A stretch of 64,000 bases of DNA from an uncultured Alphaproteobacteria bacterium (GCA_963727345.1 CAVSFG010000006.1:651142-715141); one strand, 5' to 3'; numbered from the stretch's first letter, positions 29,598-40,486 are shown. Notes: generated by a model not told the origin, from the letters alone. A program made the numbers and translations.

Positions 29598-31604
29598 TTT
29601 TCGGCGCCGCCCGCCAGGAGGCGCAGCCACCGCTGCCGCGCCCATTCCTGGATGAGCGCGTCGGCGGTGCGCCGCTCTGCGCCCCCCGCCGGCAGGTCCG
29701 CATAGCGCGTCCAGCGCCGGCTCGCGCTCGACCAGACCAGTTCCTCGTTCACGTTAAACAATAAGCGCCGCCCCTCCGCGCCGACCCAGCCGATCATCCC
29801 CGGCCGGTCGAGAGTGCCCAGATATTGGAACACCGGCCCGTGCCGCCGCGGCGGTGTCGCGCCGAGCTGGCCGAGAATGATCGCGCGCATGTCGTCGAGA
29901 CCGAGCGCGGCCGGCATCGGCACGTCGGCATCGCTCAGCACGAACGGGATCCGCGTCTGCTGATCGTTGAGGGCATGGCCGTGGCCGAGGAAGCCGTCGT
30001 CGAACAGCGACTCGCCATGATCCGCGGTGACGACGATCAACGTGTCGTCGAGCACGCCAAGCCTCCGCAGCCGCTCCCGGATCGCGCCGATGAGAGCGTC
30101 ATTATAGGCCTGCGCATTCCAGTAGGTCCGCATCATCCAGTCGCGATTGGCGGGCGAAATCTGCCCCCGCGGGATCGGCTCGCCGGCGAAGCTGCGCGGC
30201 ATGCCGGGCCAGGAATAAGGGAAATGGGCCGACTGGAGATTGAAATAGAGGAAGGTCGGCTGCCGCCACTGCTCCGGCCGGCCGAGCCTTCGGTCGAACT
30301 CGCGCAGCTGTACCCGGCCGTCGATCGCCAGCGAGCCCTGCGCGGCGAAGCTGAAGGCGCGCTCCTCGCGGTTCGTCGTCGCGTCGACGAAGAATTCGCC
30401 CAGCCGCATGCCGGTGAGCGCCGCGGTGTCGCCGAAATCCTCGGCCTGGCCGGAAATCACCCCGACCCGATAGCCGTTGGCGAGGAAATCGCGGATCAGC
30501 GACTGGCGGCTCGTCGGCGGGCGCGAGCTGGCCGCTGAACAGGCTCTGCAGCGAGAAGGTGGTGAAGCCGACATGGCTATAAGCGGCGCCGGCGCTGCTT
30601 CCGACACGCGCCATCGCCTCGATATTGGGCGCGACCGGGCGGCCATCGACGCGCATCCCCAGCGCGTCGGCGCGGGTGCTCTCCAGCACGATCAGCACGA
30701 CATGCCTGCGCCGGTTCGCCGGGATCGCCACCGGCGGTCCCGTTTCCGCATCGCCGGAGAAGGCGAAATCGCCGCCGAACCCGTCCTGGTCGATGCCATC
30801 GCCCGGCACGTCGAGGGCATAAGGATGGAGCGTCCCGTCGAACGGCGCCCGGTCTACGGGTGAGGAGAACAGGCTCCAGCCGTCCCGGTCGAAGTCGGTC
30901 GCCTCCTGCAGCAACGTCCCGATCGCGATCGCCGCGTTGAAGCGGCCGACCGCCGAGCGCGCATCGTCGATCCGGTTGACGCCGAACAGGATCGCGGGCG
31001 TCGCGACCAGCACCAGCGCCCATTGCCAACGGCTCGGGTGGTAGTGGTCCGGCAGCGGCGCGGCGTCGCGCCAGCGCTTCCGGAGCAGCCACAACAGACC
31101 GAGATAGAAGATTGCCGCGCCGCCCAAGGCGATGGCCGCCAGCCCCAATTCGCTCAACGAGAAGAGCAAGGCGTCAGTCAGGCTCCCGCCGCCCAGATTG
31201 CGGACGATCTGGAAGCTCATCGCATCGCTGAAATAAGCCAGCGCCTGATATTTGCCGACCGCCGCGCCAAGCATCCCGCCGCCGACGAGGATAAGGAAGT
31301 TGAGGTGGAAGAGCGGGCTGTCGCTCCGGCGCCCATGCAGCCGCCGGATCAGCCGGTAGAGCAGGGTGAGCAGCAAGGTCTGGCAGGCGAGCAGCCCGAT
31401 CAGGAACGCCGCGATTTCACCCGGCGTGTCGAGCACCTGCGACGCCCCGAACCCGCCGCCTAAAAACGCATATTTCCGCTCCGCCAGCGCCAGCTCGAAG
31501 AGCAGGGTGACGAGGATCGTGGCGGGCAAGGTGAGCCGCGCCAACGCGCGCCACGACGGGCGCACGCGCGGGAAGCGCGAGGCGGGAGCGGCCTGGGTCG
31601 CCAT
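29594..31604 (-). CDS. Membrane-anchored sulfatase/alkaline-phosphatase-fold protein, LtaS-like (frameshift near 30510)
   Basis: N-terminal TM helices; VLIVLESTRAD, SAHFPY, TADHGE and GHG motifs. Confidence 0.78.
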
Positions 31605-31673
31605 GGGACGGATTTACGACAGCGGGATTAAGATGACGTTTGCTGGAGACGATCGCTTTCGACCGTTGCGGAC

Positions 31674-31886
31674 GTGAAGCAGTTGTCTCAAACCGGTTGG
31701 ATGCGTGAGCCGACCAAGCGACGACTGGATATTGCCGGCTATGGATGCATGGCCGTGTTCTTCGGCTGCTTCCTTTACCTTGGCTATGTGGATCGTCATT
31801 CTCTGTGGGTCAGTGCCCTCGCCGCCGCTGCATTGGTCGGCGCGGGGGTGCTAGGATTTGTGCGTTTCGGACCGTGGCGTTCGTAG
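31674..31886 (+). CDS. Small two-TM hypothetical protein
   Basis: Two hydrophobic segments; fills the gap before cobB. Confidence 0.4.
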   Translation: MKQLSQTGWMREPTKRRLDIAGYGCMAVFFGCFLYLGYVDRHSLWVSALAAAALVGAGVLGFVRFGPWRS

Positions 31887-31894
31887 CAGCGGAA

Positions 31895-32599
31895 ATGCCC
31901 GACCACCCCAACATCGTCATCCTCACCGGCGCCGGCGTCTCGGCCGAGTCAGGGCTCGCCACCTTTCGCGGGCCAGGCGGGCTGTGGGAGGGGCATCGGG
32001 TGGAGGATGTCTGCACGCCCGAGGCGCTGGCGCGGGACGAGGCTTTGGTGCAGCGTTTCTATGACGAAAGGCGCGCAGCGCTCGGCCGGGTCGAGCCCAA
32101 CGCCGCCCATCGCGCGCTCGCCCGGCTGGACGCCGAATGGCCGGGCGAACTGCTCCTCGTCACCCAGAATGTCGACGATCTGCACGAGCGCGCCGGCGCG
32201 AAACGCCTGATCCACATGCATGGCGAATTGCGATCGGCCCTCTGCCGCGCCTGCGGCGGCCGCTCGCCGTTCGACGGCGCGGACATGGGCGCCGGCCCGG
32301 CCTGCCCGGACTGCGGGAAGGCGGGCCGGCTCCGCCCCGACATCGTCTTCTTCGGCGAGATGCCCTATTCGATGGAGGCGATCGACCGGGCGCTGATGGA
32401 GGCCGATCTGTTCGTCTCGATCGGCACCTCGGGCAACGTCTATCCCGCCGCCGGCTTCGTCCAGACCGCCCGCACTTGCGGCGCCCGGACGCTGGAGATG
32501 AACCTGGAGCCCAGCCTCGGCGCCAGCTATTTTCATGAAAGCCGGGTCGGACCGGCGGGCGTATTGGTGCCGGCCTGGGTGGAGGAGATGCTGGGATGA
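31895..32599 (+). CDS. cobB: NAD-dependent protein deacylase (sirtuin)
   Basis: TGAGVSAESG, TQNVDDLHE, two CxxC, RPDIVFFGE and GTSGNVYPAAG. Confidence 0.93.
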   Translation: MPDHPNIVILTGAGVSAESGLATFRGPGGLWEGHRVEDVCTPEALARDEALVQRFYDERRAALGRVEPNAAHRALARLDAEWPGELLLVTQNVDDLHERAGAKRLIHMHGELRSALCRACGGRSPFDGADMGAGPACPDCGKAGRLRPDIVFFGEMPYSMEAIDRALMEADLFVSIGTSGNVYPAAGFVQTARTCGARTLEMNLEPSLGASYFHESRVGPAGVLVPAWVEEMLG

Positions 32600-32937
32600 T
32601 CGAGGGAAGCTGCCATTGCGGCGCGGTGCGCCTGACCTTGCCCGTGCCGCCGGAGGATCTCGGCAGCTGCAATTGCTCGATCTGCCGCCGGACCGGCGGC
32701 CTGTGGGGCTATTATCGGCCGGCCGAGGTCGAGGTTTTCGATCCCGACGGCGCGCTTGTCGGCTATGTCCAAGGCGATGCGATGCTGACCACCTGGCATT
32801 GCGGGCGCTGCGGTTGCACGAGCCACTGGTCGCCGCGCGATCCGGCCTACGAACGGATGGGCGTCAACCTGCGGATGTTCGATCCTGACGTGTGGGAGCC
32901 GCTGCCGCGCCGGCTGATCGACGGGGCGAGCTGGTAG
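32596..32937 (+). CDS. GFA (glutathione-dependent formaldehyde-activating) family Zn protein
   Basis: GSCHCG, CNCSIC and CGRCG motifs. Confidence 0.88.
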   Translation: MIEGSCHCGAVRLTLPVPPEDLGSCNCSICRRTGGLWGYYRPAEVEVFDPDGALVGYVQGDAMLTTWHCGRCGCTSHWSPRDPAYERMGVNLRMFDPDVWEPLPRRLIDGASW

Positions 32938-33005
32938 TCCGGCCCAGTCTTCACGGGCAGGAGACGCATCCCCGCAGTTAAACCCTTGCATGTTCCTTTT
33001 GATGA

Positions 33006-33020
33006 GAACAAAATAGGAAC
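33006..33020 (+). promoter_or_regulatory. Alphaproteobacterial LexA box
   Basis: GAAC-aaaatag-GAAC (GAAC-N7-GAAC) abutting the imuA ATG. Confidence 0.88.
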
Positions 33021-33728
33021 ATGCGACTCGCGCCTCCACGCCTTGAACCTGTGCGCCCGCCATCGGCGGATGCATTGACGCAAGCTGGCCTCGCGTCCGC
33101 CACCCTGCACGAAATCTATGCCGCCTCCGCTGGCGACGGGGCCAGCGCTTTGGGCTTCGCCGCTTTGGCCATGCTGCGCTTCACGGCGGAGCGGCCCTTG
33201 CTCTGGTTCCGCCGCCTGAGCACCCCCGATACGCCTTATGGCCCCGGCCTCGCCGAGCTGGGCCTCGACCCCGGCCGTATCCTGTTCGTCGCCGCGCCGG
33301 ACGAGCGCGCTCTGCTGCGCGCCGGAGCGGACGCGGCGCAATGCGCGGGGGTCGGCGCGATCCTGATCGAGGCGCATGGGAAATTGCCGCTCTACGATCT
33401 TACCGCCAGCCGCCGGCTGCGGCTCGCCGCCGCGCGTTCGGGAGTGACGATCCTCATGGTCCGGACCGGCGCCGCGCCGATCCCGAGCGCGGCCGAGACC
33501 CGCTGGGAGGTGGCTGCCGCGCCCTCGCCGGAGATCGAGGTGGAAGCGCCCGGCCCGCCCGCTTTCGCGGTGCGCCTGCTGCGTCGGCGCGGCGGGCCGG
33601 CGGGGATGGAAATGAGATTGGAGTGGAATCGTGACCAAGCCTGTTTCCGGGAAACGGCGCTTTCTGGCGCTCTGGTTTCCTTTTCTGCCGGCCGATCGGC
33701 GGCGGATCGCGCGGCGGTTAACGCCTGA
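33021..33728 (+). CDS. imuA: ImuA, RecA-like mutagenesis accessory protein
   Basis: LHEI, YGPGLAELGLDP, LTASRRLRLAA and SAAETRW; first gene of the cassette. Confidence 0.85.
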   Translation: MRLAPPRLEPVRPPSADALTQAGLASATLHEIYAASAGDGASALGFAALAMLRFTAERPLLWFRRLSTPDTPYGPGLAELGLDPGRILFVAAPDERALLRAGADAAQCAGVGAILIEAHGKLPLYDLTASRRLRLAAARSGVTILMVRTGAAPIPSAAETRWEVAAAPSPEIEVEAPGPPAFAVRLLRRRGGPAGMEMRLEWNRDQACFRETALSGALVSFSAGRSAADRAAVNA

Positions 33729-35190
33729 GACCGAGGAGCGCCCGCTGGCCTTCCTCGTCAAGGCGAAGGGCGCGCTGCGCATCGCCGCGGTCGACCAGCG
33801 CGCGCGCTCTCTCGGCCTGCGCCCCGGCCTCGCCTTCGCCGACGCGCGGGCGCGGGTGCCGGATCTCGCCAGCGAGGCGCTCGACGAAGCCGCCGACGCG
33901 GCGTGGCTGACCCGGCTGGCGGAAGGTTGCGACCGTTACACGCCGATGGTCGCGCTCGACCCGCCGGATGGGCTGATCCTCGACGTCACCGGCTGCGCCC
34001 ATCTCCATGGCGGCGAGGCGGGTCTGGCGGACGACATAAGGATGCGCCTCGCCCGGCTCGGCATGAGCAACCGCATGGCCTTCGCCGGCACGCCCGACGC
34101 CGCTCACGCCCTCGCCCGCTACGGGAGCGGGGAAGGAGAGGATGTGCGCCCGCTTCCCGTCGAAGCGCTGGAGCTGGAGGCGGAGCCGACTGTCGCGCTT
34201 CGCCGCGCCGGCCTGACCATGATCGGCGATCTCGCGATCCGGCCGATGGCCGGCTTCGCCGCGCGCTTCGGCATAAAGGCGGCGACCACCTTGCGTCGGC
34301 TGCTTGGCGACGAGACCCGGCCGATCGATCCCCGCCGCGAACCGCCGCCGGTCGTCGTCGAGCGCCGCTTCGCCGAGCCGATCGCGCGGACCGAGGACGC
34401 GCTTCAGATCGTCGGCGAGCTGGTCGGTGAAGCGGCGCTCGAGCTGGAAGCGCGCGGGGAGGGCGGCCGCGCCTTCGCCGCCACCCTCTACCGCTGCGAC
34501 GGCCTCGCGCCCTGTCTGACGATCGAGACCGGCCGGCCGAGCCGCGATCCGGGACTGATCGTCCGCCTGCTGCGCGAGCGGATCGACACGCTCGCCGATC
34601 CGCTCGATCCCGGCTTCGGCTATGACATGATCCGCCTCTTCGTGCTGCGGACCGAGACGCTCGCCGCGACCCAGATCGCGCTGGATGGCGGGACCAGACC
34701 GGAGGCGGATTTCGCCGCCTTGATCGACCGGCTCGCGGTCCGCCTGGGCGCGGACAAGGTGATCCGCCTCAAGCCCCATGACAGCCACATCCCCGAGCGC
34801 GCCCAGATCGGTGTGGGCCAGATCGGTGCGGGACTGTCGGACTTGTCAGGTTCATGGCCCGCGCCCCCGGACGATGAACCGCCGGCCCGTCCACTCTTGC
34901 TGCTCGATCCGCCCGAGCGGGTTCAGGTTCTCGCCGAGGTCCCGGACGGACCGCCGCGCCGCTTCCAGTGCCGCGGCGCCTGGCACGACGTGCGCCGGGC
35001 GGAAGGGCCGGAGCGGATCGCCGCCGAATGGTGGCGGCGTAAGCATGGCCACCGCTCCGGGCAGGGCGGTCTCACCCGCGATTATTACCGGATCGAGGAC
35101 AAGGAAGGCCGCCGCTTCTGGCTGTTCCGCCACGGCCTCTATGACGAGAAACCAGATCCGGCCTGGTATCTTCACGGCCTGTTCGCATGA
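33631..35190 (+). CDS. imuB: ImuB, inactive Y-family polymerase
   Basis: RYTPMVALD, GPERIAAEWW, RDYYR and WYLHGLFA. Confidence 0.9.
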   Translation: MTKPVSGKRRFLALWFPFLPADRRRIARRLTPETEERPLAFLVKAKGALRIAAVDQRARSLGLRPGLAFADARARVPDLASEALDEAADAAWLTRLAEGCDRYTPMVALDPPDGLILDVTGCAHLHGGEAGLADDIRMRLARLGMSNRMAFAGTPDAAHALARYGSGEGEDVRPLPVEALELEAEPTVALRRAGLTMIGDLAIRPMAGFAARFGIKAATTLRRLLGDETRPIDPRREPPPVVVERRFAEPIARTEDALQIVGELVGEAALELEARGEGGRAFAATLYRCDGLAPCLTIETGRPSRDPGLIVRLLRERIDTLADPLDPGFGYDMIRLFVLRTETLAATQIALDGGTRPEADFAALIDRLAVRLGADKVIRLKPHDSHIPERAQIGVGQIGAGLSDLSGSWPAPPDDEPPARPLLLLDPPERVQVLAEVPDGPPRRFQCRGAWHDVRRAEGPERIAAEWWRRKHGHRSGQGGLTRDYYRIEDKEGRRFWLFRHGLYDEKPDPAWYLHGLFA

Positions 35191-38100
35191 CTCAGCCCTT
35201 CGCCGAGCTCGTCGCCGCGACCAATTTCAGCTTCCTGCGCGGCGCTTCGCAGCCGAGCGATATGGTCGCGCGCGCGATCCAGCTCGGCATGACCGGCATC
35301 GGCATCGCCGACCGCAACACAGTCGCGGGTGTGGTCCGCGCCTGGGTCGCGTTGCGCGAAGCTGAGGCCGGCCTGAAGCGAGCGTTTTTTTCGCCCAGGG
35401 AAGCTGAAACTTATGAAACTTCCAGCGATCCCGGGCAGGAATCTCCGCAACTCGATTTCCGCCTGATCGTCGGTGCCCGACTGGTGTTCGTCGACGGTAC
35501 GCCGGACATCATTGCTTATCCCGAGACGCGGCGCGGCTGGGGCCGGCTCACGCGGCTGCTGACCAAAGGCAATCTGCGGGCGGTGAAGGGCGATTGCATC
35601 CTCAAGTTCCAGGATCTGCTCGATCATCTCGAAGATCTCGCGCTCATCGTCCTGCCGGAAAGCAGCGGCGAGGAGCAGGAAGCGCACCGCAAGCCCGTTC
35701 CCTATCCCGCCGACGCGCCGGCGCCCCGATTGCGGTTGGTCGAGCCCGCGGAAACAAAGCCGCTGGAGGAAGTGCTGCGCCGGCTTCGGGCCAGGGCGCC
35801 GGAGCGCGTCTGGCTGGGTTTGAGCCTGAGGCATGGCGGCAAGGATGGCCCCGATCTCGCCCGGTTCAGGCGGATCGCCGCGGCCGCTCATGTGCCGCTG
35901 CTCGCCACCAACGACGCGCTTTATGCCGAGCCCGAGCAGCGCCCTTTGCACGATGTCCTGAGCTGCATCCGGCTCGGCACGACGATCGCCGAGGCCGGCC
36001 GCGCGCTCGAGGCGAACGCCGAGCGGCATCTGAAAGCGCCCACGGAAATGGCGCGCCTGTTCCACCGTTATCCCGAGGCGCTCGCCGAAACGCAGCGCCT
36101 GCTTTCCCGCATCCGCTTCACGCTCGACGACCTGCGCTACGAATATCCGCACGAGCCGGTACCGCCGGGCTGGCGGCCGCTCGCTTATCTCCATCATCTC
36201 GTGAAGACGGCGGCGCAAAAGCGCTACGGGAAGAAGCTGCCCGCCAGGGTCCGCACGCTACTGGCCGAGGAATTCTGGCTGATCCGCAAGCGCAAATACG
36301 CTTATTACTTCCTCACCGTCTACGATCTGGTCCGCTACGCCCGAACCTGTAAGCCCCCGATCCTGTGCCAAGGCCGCGGCTCGGCGGCCAATTCCATTGT
36401 CTGTTTCCTGCTCGGCGTGACATCGGTCGATCCGCTGGAGCATGACCTGCTCTTCTCGCGCTTCGTCTCCGAGGACCGCAACGAGCCGCCCGACATCGAC
36501 GTCGATTTCGAGCACGAGCGGCGCGAGGAGGTGATGCAATATGTCTACGAGCGTTACGGCCGCCACCGCGCTGGGATCGCCGCGACCGTCATCCATTACC
36601 GCCAGCGCAGCGCGATCCGGGAGGTCGGCAAGGTACTTGGGCTGACGGACGATGTCACAGCGCGCTTGTCAGGAACAGTGTGGGGGGGATGGGGCGGCAA
36701 GGATCTCCCCGAAAAGCGTCTTGCCGAAGCGGGTCTCGATCCTGGTGATCCACGAATTGAACAACTGAAAGAACTGATCGACCAACTGCTGAACTTCCCC
36801 CGCCATCTCTCGCAGCATGTCGGCGGCTTCGTGCTGACCGAGGACCGGCTCGACGAGACGGTGCCGATCCACCACGGCGGGATGGCGGATCGCAGCTTCA
36901 TCGAATGGGACAAGGACGACATCGACGCGCTCGGCCTGATGAAGGTCGATGTGCTCGCGCTCGGCATGCTCACCTGCATCCGCAAGAGTTTCGAGCTGAT
37001 GCGCCGGCACGGGCTGGGCGAGCATGATCTGGAGCTCGACATCAAGGCCGACGACGAGGCGGTCTACGACATGCTGTGCAAGGGCGACAGCATCGGCGTC
37101 TTCCAGGTCGAAAGCCGCGCCCAGATCAACATGCTGCCGCGCCTGCGGCCAAGGACGCTTTACGATCTCACCATCCAAGTCGCGATCGTCCGCCCCGGCC
37201 CGATCGAAGGAGACATGGTCCATCCCTATCTGCGCCGGCGGAACAAAGAGGAGGCGGTCCATTTCCCCTCGCCGGCGCCGGAACACGGACCGTGGAATGA
37301 GCTCCACGACGTCCTCGGCAAAACGCTCGGCGTGCCCCTCTTCCAGGAACAGGCGATGCGGCTCGCCATCGTCGCGGCCAAATTCTCCAATGCCGATGCG
37401 AACCGGCTTCGCCGCGCGATGGCGACCTTCCGCAATCTCGGCACGATCGACACGTTCCGCGACAAGATGATCGAGGGAATGGTGCGGCGCGGCTACGAGC
37501 GCGACTTCGCGGAACGCTGCTTCAAGCAGATCGAGGGCTTCGGCAGCTACGGCTTTCCGGAAAGCCATGCGCTTTCCTTCGCCCGTTTGGTCTACGTCTC
37601 GTCCTGGATCAAATGCCATCATCCCGCGGTGTTCACCTGCGCGCTGCTGAACTCGCAGCCGATGGGTTTCTACGCGCCGGCCCAGCTCGTCCGCGATGCG
37701 CGCGATCATGGCGTGAAGTTGATGCCGACGGATGTCGGGATCAGCGATTGGTATTCCACGCTGGAAGACGATCCACTCGCGCTTCGGCTTGGCCTGCATC
37801 GAATCGATGGTTTCAAGGAGGAGTGGGCCGAAAAGATCGTCGCGGCGCGCGCCAAGGCATCTTTCGAGACGATCGAGGATCTTGCTCGCCGCGCGACCCT
37901 GCCGTCACGGGCGCTGCGCCTGCTCGCCGACGCCGATGCTTTCGGTTCGCTGGGCGCCGTGCGCCGCGACGCCTTGTGGGAAGTGCGCCGCACGCCGCCG
38001 GACCAGTTGCCGCTCTTTGCTGCCGCCGGCGCGGGCGAGCTGGCCGGGGAAGAGGATGCGCGCCTTCCGCCGATGCCGCGCTCGGAAGAGGTGATCGCCG

Positions 38101-38594
38101 ATTATCAGACGATCCGGCTCTCGCTCAAAGGCCATCCGATGCAATTCCTGCGCGACCATTTTCGCGCGCGCGGTGCGCTCAGCTGCGCCGAGCTTAACCA
38201 GGTGAAGGACGGCCGCCGCGCCCGCGCCGCCGGCGTCGTCCTGATTCGCCAGCGGCCGGGCAAGGGCAATGCGATCTTCATTACCCTGGAGGACGAGACC
38301 GGGATCGTGAACGTCCTGCTCTGGGCGCGCGAGCTGGAGAAGCAGCGCTTGGCGGTGATGGCCTCGCGGCTGATGATGGTCGACGGCGTCGTGCAGAAGA
38401 GCAAGGAAGGTGTGCTTCATCTGATGGCGTCGCGGATCATCGACGCCACCGATGTGCTCGATCGCTTGTCCGACACCCGCCAGGCCCGGCCAGAGCTCAG
38501 CCGCGCCGACGCCGTCAAGCAACCCGAATATCGCGCCTCCGGCGGCCACCCGCGCAAGGTCCGCATCCTGCCGCGCTCGCGCGACTTCCACTGA
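35187..38594 (+). CDS. dnaE2: Error-prone DNA polymerase DnaE2 (ImuC)
   Basis: NFSFLRGAS PHP start, GRGSAANS, PPDIDVDFE and C-terminal RSRDFH. Confidence 0.96.
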   Translation: MTQPFAELVAATNFSFLRGASQPSDMVARAIQLGMTGIGIADRNTVAGVVRAWVALREAEAGLKRAFFSPREAETYETSSDPGQESPQLDFRLIVGARLVFVDGTPDIIAYPETRRGWGRLTRLLTKGNLRAVKGDCILKFQDLLDHLEDLALIVLPESSGEEQEAHRKPVPYPADAPAPRLRLVEPAETKPLEEVLRRLRARAPERVWLGLSLRHGGKDGPDLARFRRIAAAAHVPLLATNDALYAEPEQRPLHDVLSCIRLGTTIAEAGRALEANAERHLKAPTEMARLFHRYPEALAETQRLLSRIRFTLDDLRYEYPHEPVPPGWRPLAYLHHLVKTAAQKRYGKKLPARVRTLLAEEFWLIRKRKYAYYFLTVYDLVRYARTCKPPILCQGRGSAANSIVCFLLGVTSVDPLEHDLLFSRFVSEDRNEPPDIDVDFEHERREEVMQYVYERYGRHRAGIAATVIHYRQRSAIREVGKVLGLTDDVTARLSGTVWGGWGGKDLPEKRLAEAGLDPGDPRIEQLKELIDQLLNFPRHLSQHVGGFVLTEDRLDETVPIHHGGMADRSFIEWDKDDIDALGLMKVDVLALGMLTCIRKSFELMRRHGLGEHDLELDIKADDEAVYDMLCKGDSIGVFQVESRAQINMLPRLRPRTLYDLTIQVAIVRPGPIEGDMVHPYLRRRNKEEAVHFPSPAPEHGPWNELHDVLGKTLGVPLFQEQAMRLAIVAAKFSNADANRLRRAMATFRNLGTIDTFRDKMIEGMVRRGYERDFAERCFKQIEGFGSYGFPESHALSFARLVYVSSWIKCHHPAVFTCALLNSQPMGFYAPAQLVRDARDHGVKLMPTDVGISDWYSTLEDDPLALRLGLHRIDGFKEEWAEKIVAARAKASFETIEDLARRATLPSRALRLLADADAFGSLGAVRRDALWEVRRTPPDQLPLFAAAGAGELAGEEDARLPPMPRSEEVIADYQTIRLSLKGHPMQFLRDHFRARGALSCAELNQVKDGRRARAAGVVLIRQRPGKGNAIFITLEDETGIVNVLLWARELEKQRLAVMASRLMMVDGVVQKSKEGVLHLMASRIIDATDVLDRLSDTRQARPELSRADAVKQPEYRASGGHPRKVRILPRSRDFH

Positions 38595-38708
38595 AGGACG
38601 CCGCCTCGGTTCGCGCTGCGTTTATGAAAGGTTCTTTTCGATCTACTCTTGACAGTTCCGCGCGTGCACCGCAGTCGGTTTGGACCTTCGGAGAGGGGGC
38701 TCAACCCG

Positions 38709-39251
38709 ATGGCGAGAAGCACTGTGCCGGCGCTGACCGAATATGAAAGTCACGTGCTGGCGATCATCGCGCGCGATGGACCGGCGACTGCCTATAAGGT
38801 CCGCAAGATCCTCGCGGAATCGCCATCAGCCGGGATCTCGAGCAGTGCCGGAGCGGTCTATCCAGCAGTGGCCCGGCTGAAGGCCCGAAAGTTCATCTCG
38901 AGCGCGGCGGTCGATACCGACGGCCGAAACACTGAATTATTGACGGCTACCGAGGGTGGCCGCGCCGCTATCCGCCGCTGGATAGAACAGGTGACGCCCG
39001 AGCAGCTGTTGCCCGTCGATCCGCTTCGGACGAGAGTTGCCCACGCCCAGATGTTGTCGTCGCAAGAGCGGTTCGCCTGGCTGAAGAAGATGAAGGATTC
39101 TCTCGAGGAGAAACTCGCCGAGATCGAGGCCTATTCCGGCCGACATTCGGAAGGCGCAATCGACTATGCCCACCGGCATGCGAAGCGCATCACGATCGCC
39201 CGGATCGCGTGGATCGAGGAAATACTCGCGCTCGAGAATCATCGCTCCTGA
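38709..39251 (+). CDS. PadR-like transcriptional regulator
   Basis: wHTH pattern TAYKV...SAGAVYPAVARL...TEGGR with a C-terminal helical domain. Confidence 0.7.
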   Translation: MARSTVPALTEYESHVLAIIARDGPATAYKVRKILAESPSAGISSSAGAVYPAVARLKARKFISSAAVDTDGRNTELLTATEGGRAAIRRWIEQVTPEQLLPVDPLRTRVAHAQMLSSQERFAWLKKMKDSLEEKLAEIEAYSGRHSEGAIDYAHRHAKRITIARIAWIEEILALENHRS

Positions 39252-39447
39252 GCACATTTTGTGTCTGAGGTGAGTTGCACAGGCCAGCTGTCTGCCTGCC
39301 GGCGCGTGCGACGACGGCTGGAGTCTCTCCGTCACCACCAGAAATTTTCGCGAAGGAGCACGCCATATCGAAAACGCGGCCGACTGCTGGATTGACAGCG
39401 GCAGCACCATCGATTTAGTACGAAACGGGCTAAACTGGTGCAGCGCG

Positions 39448-39942
39448 ATGAAACCTGGTCAGACGCCCAATCCCCGATGCAAGCTTCGCCGTCCCGGCGG
39501 CGTTCTCCCGTCGCTGATTGCCGCAACCTTGCGCACGCCTCTGCTCACCAATCTGGCGCCCCGCGAGCAGGAAGTGGCGACCATCGTCTATCTCAATGCC
39601 AACATTACGGCGAGCGAGCTGGAGTCGGCGTTGTCCAGCCAGGTCAGCAACGCAGCGATCCGCAGCATGCTGAACCGGCTTGTCGCCAAAGGCGTGTTGC
39701 AGCGGTGGAAGGCTGAGGGAAAATCTTATTTCGTTTACTCGCCGGCCGTTCTCCTGCCAGAGATACAGGAGCGAGCGCTTGAGCGGGCCGTCGGAGACTA
39801 TTTTGGCGGGTCCTTGTCCGAAGTGTCTCGTTGTTTGGTGAGACTGATGGAAAAGAGAGATCCTGAAGCCTTGTCGGCCCTGTCGCGGCAGATCGGCGCC
39901 GCATCCTGGGGGAAGATGAACTCGTTGGCGGCCGTGGGGTAG
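39448..39942 (+). CDS. BlaI/MecI/CopY family repressor (start uncertain)
   Basis: LAPREQEV...IRSMLNRLVAKG...YSP...YFGGS. Confidence 0.75.
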   Translation: MKPGQTPNPRCKLRRPGGVLPSLIAATLRTPLLTNLAPREQEVATIVYLNANITASELESALSSQVSNAAIRSMLNRLVAKGVLQRWKAEGKSYFVYSPAVLLPEIQERALERAVGDYFGGSLSEVSRCLVRLMEKRDPEALSALSRQIGAASWGKMNSLAAVG

Positions 39943-39946
39943 CAAC

Positions 39947-40486
39947 GTGCGCGGCTCTCCCGGCGTCAAGCTCACGTCCCGACGGCTGTCTTTTGAAGCA
40001 CCCCAGGAATCGGACGCGCGGGAGATTGCCGCAGCAATGACCGCCGATGTGTCCCGCTGGCTTGCCACCTGGCCATTTCCGCTCACCGAGGAGGCTGCTC
40101 TCGAAAAAATTCGGGGTTTAAGAGAGCAGGTTTCGTCGGGGGACGCATTCCATTTCGTCCTTCGCCCCATTGAGGGACGAGCCTTCGTCGGGTGTACCAG
40201 CGTCTGGCAGACGGAGGCGAAGGACGAGTGGCAGCTCGGTTTCTGGATGAGTGAGGCGTGGCAGGGTCAAGGCTATGGTTCTGAAGCCGCCTCGACAGTG
40301 TCGAACCATCTCGTTCGTTCGGAGAGGCCGCGATCCCTGTCCGCGATCGTCCTTCCCGATAACGCGCGCTCGATTTCCATCCTGAGAAAGCTCGGAATGA
40401 GCCGGACGAGCGAAACGCATCGGGTGGTCACGCCTAACGGCCGGGAACAGCTTTTTCTCGTCTTCAGGCGCATGCTCGAATCTTAG
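39947..40486 (+). CDS. RimJ/RimL-type GNAT acetyltransferase
   Basis: LGFW, WQGQGYGSEA and NARSISILRKLG. Confidence 0.82.
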   Translation: MRGSPGVKLTSRRLSFEAPQESDAREIAAAMTADVSRWLATWPFPLTEEAALEKIRGLREQVSSGDAFHFVLRPIEGRAFVGCTSVWQTEAKDEWQLGFWMSEAWQGQGYGSEAASTVSNHLVRSERPRSLSAIVLPDNARSISILRKLGMSRTSETHRVVTPNGREQLFLVFRRMLES

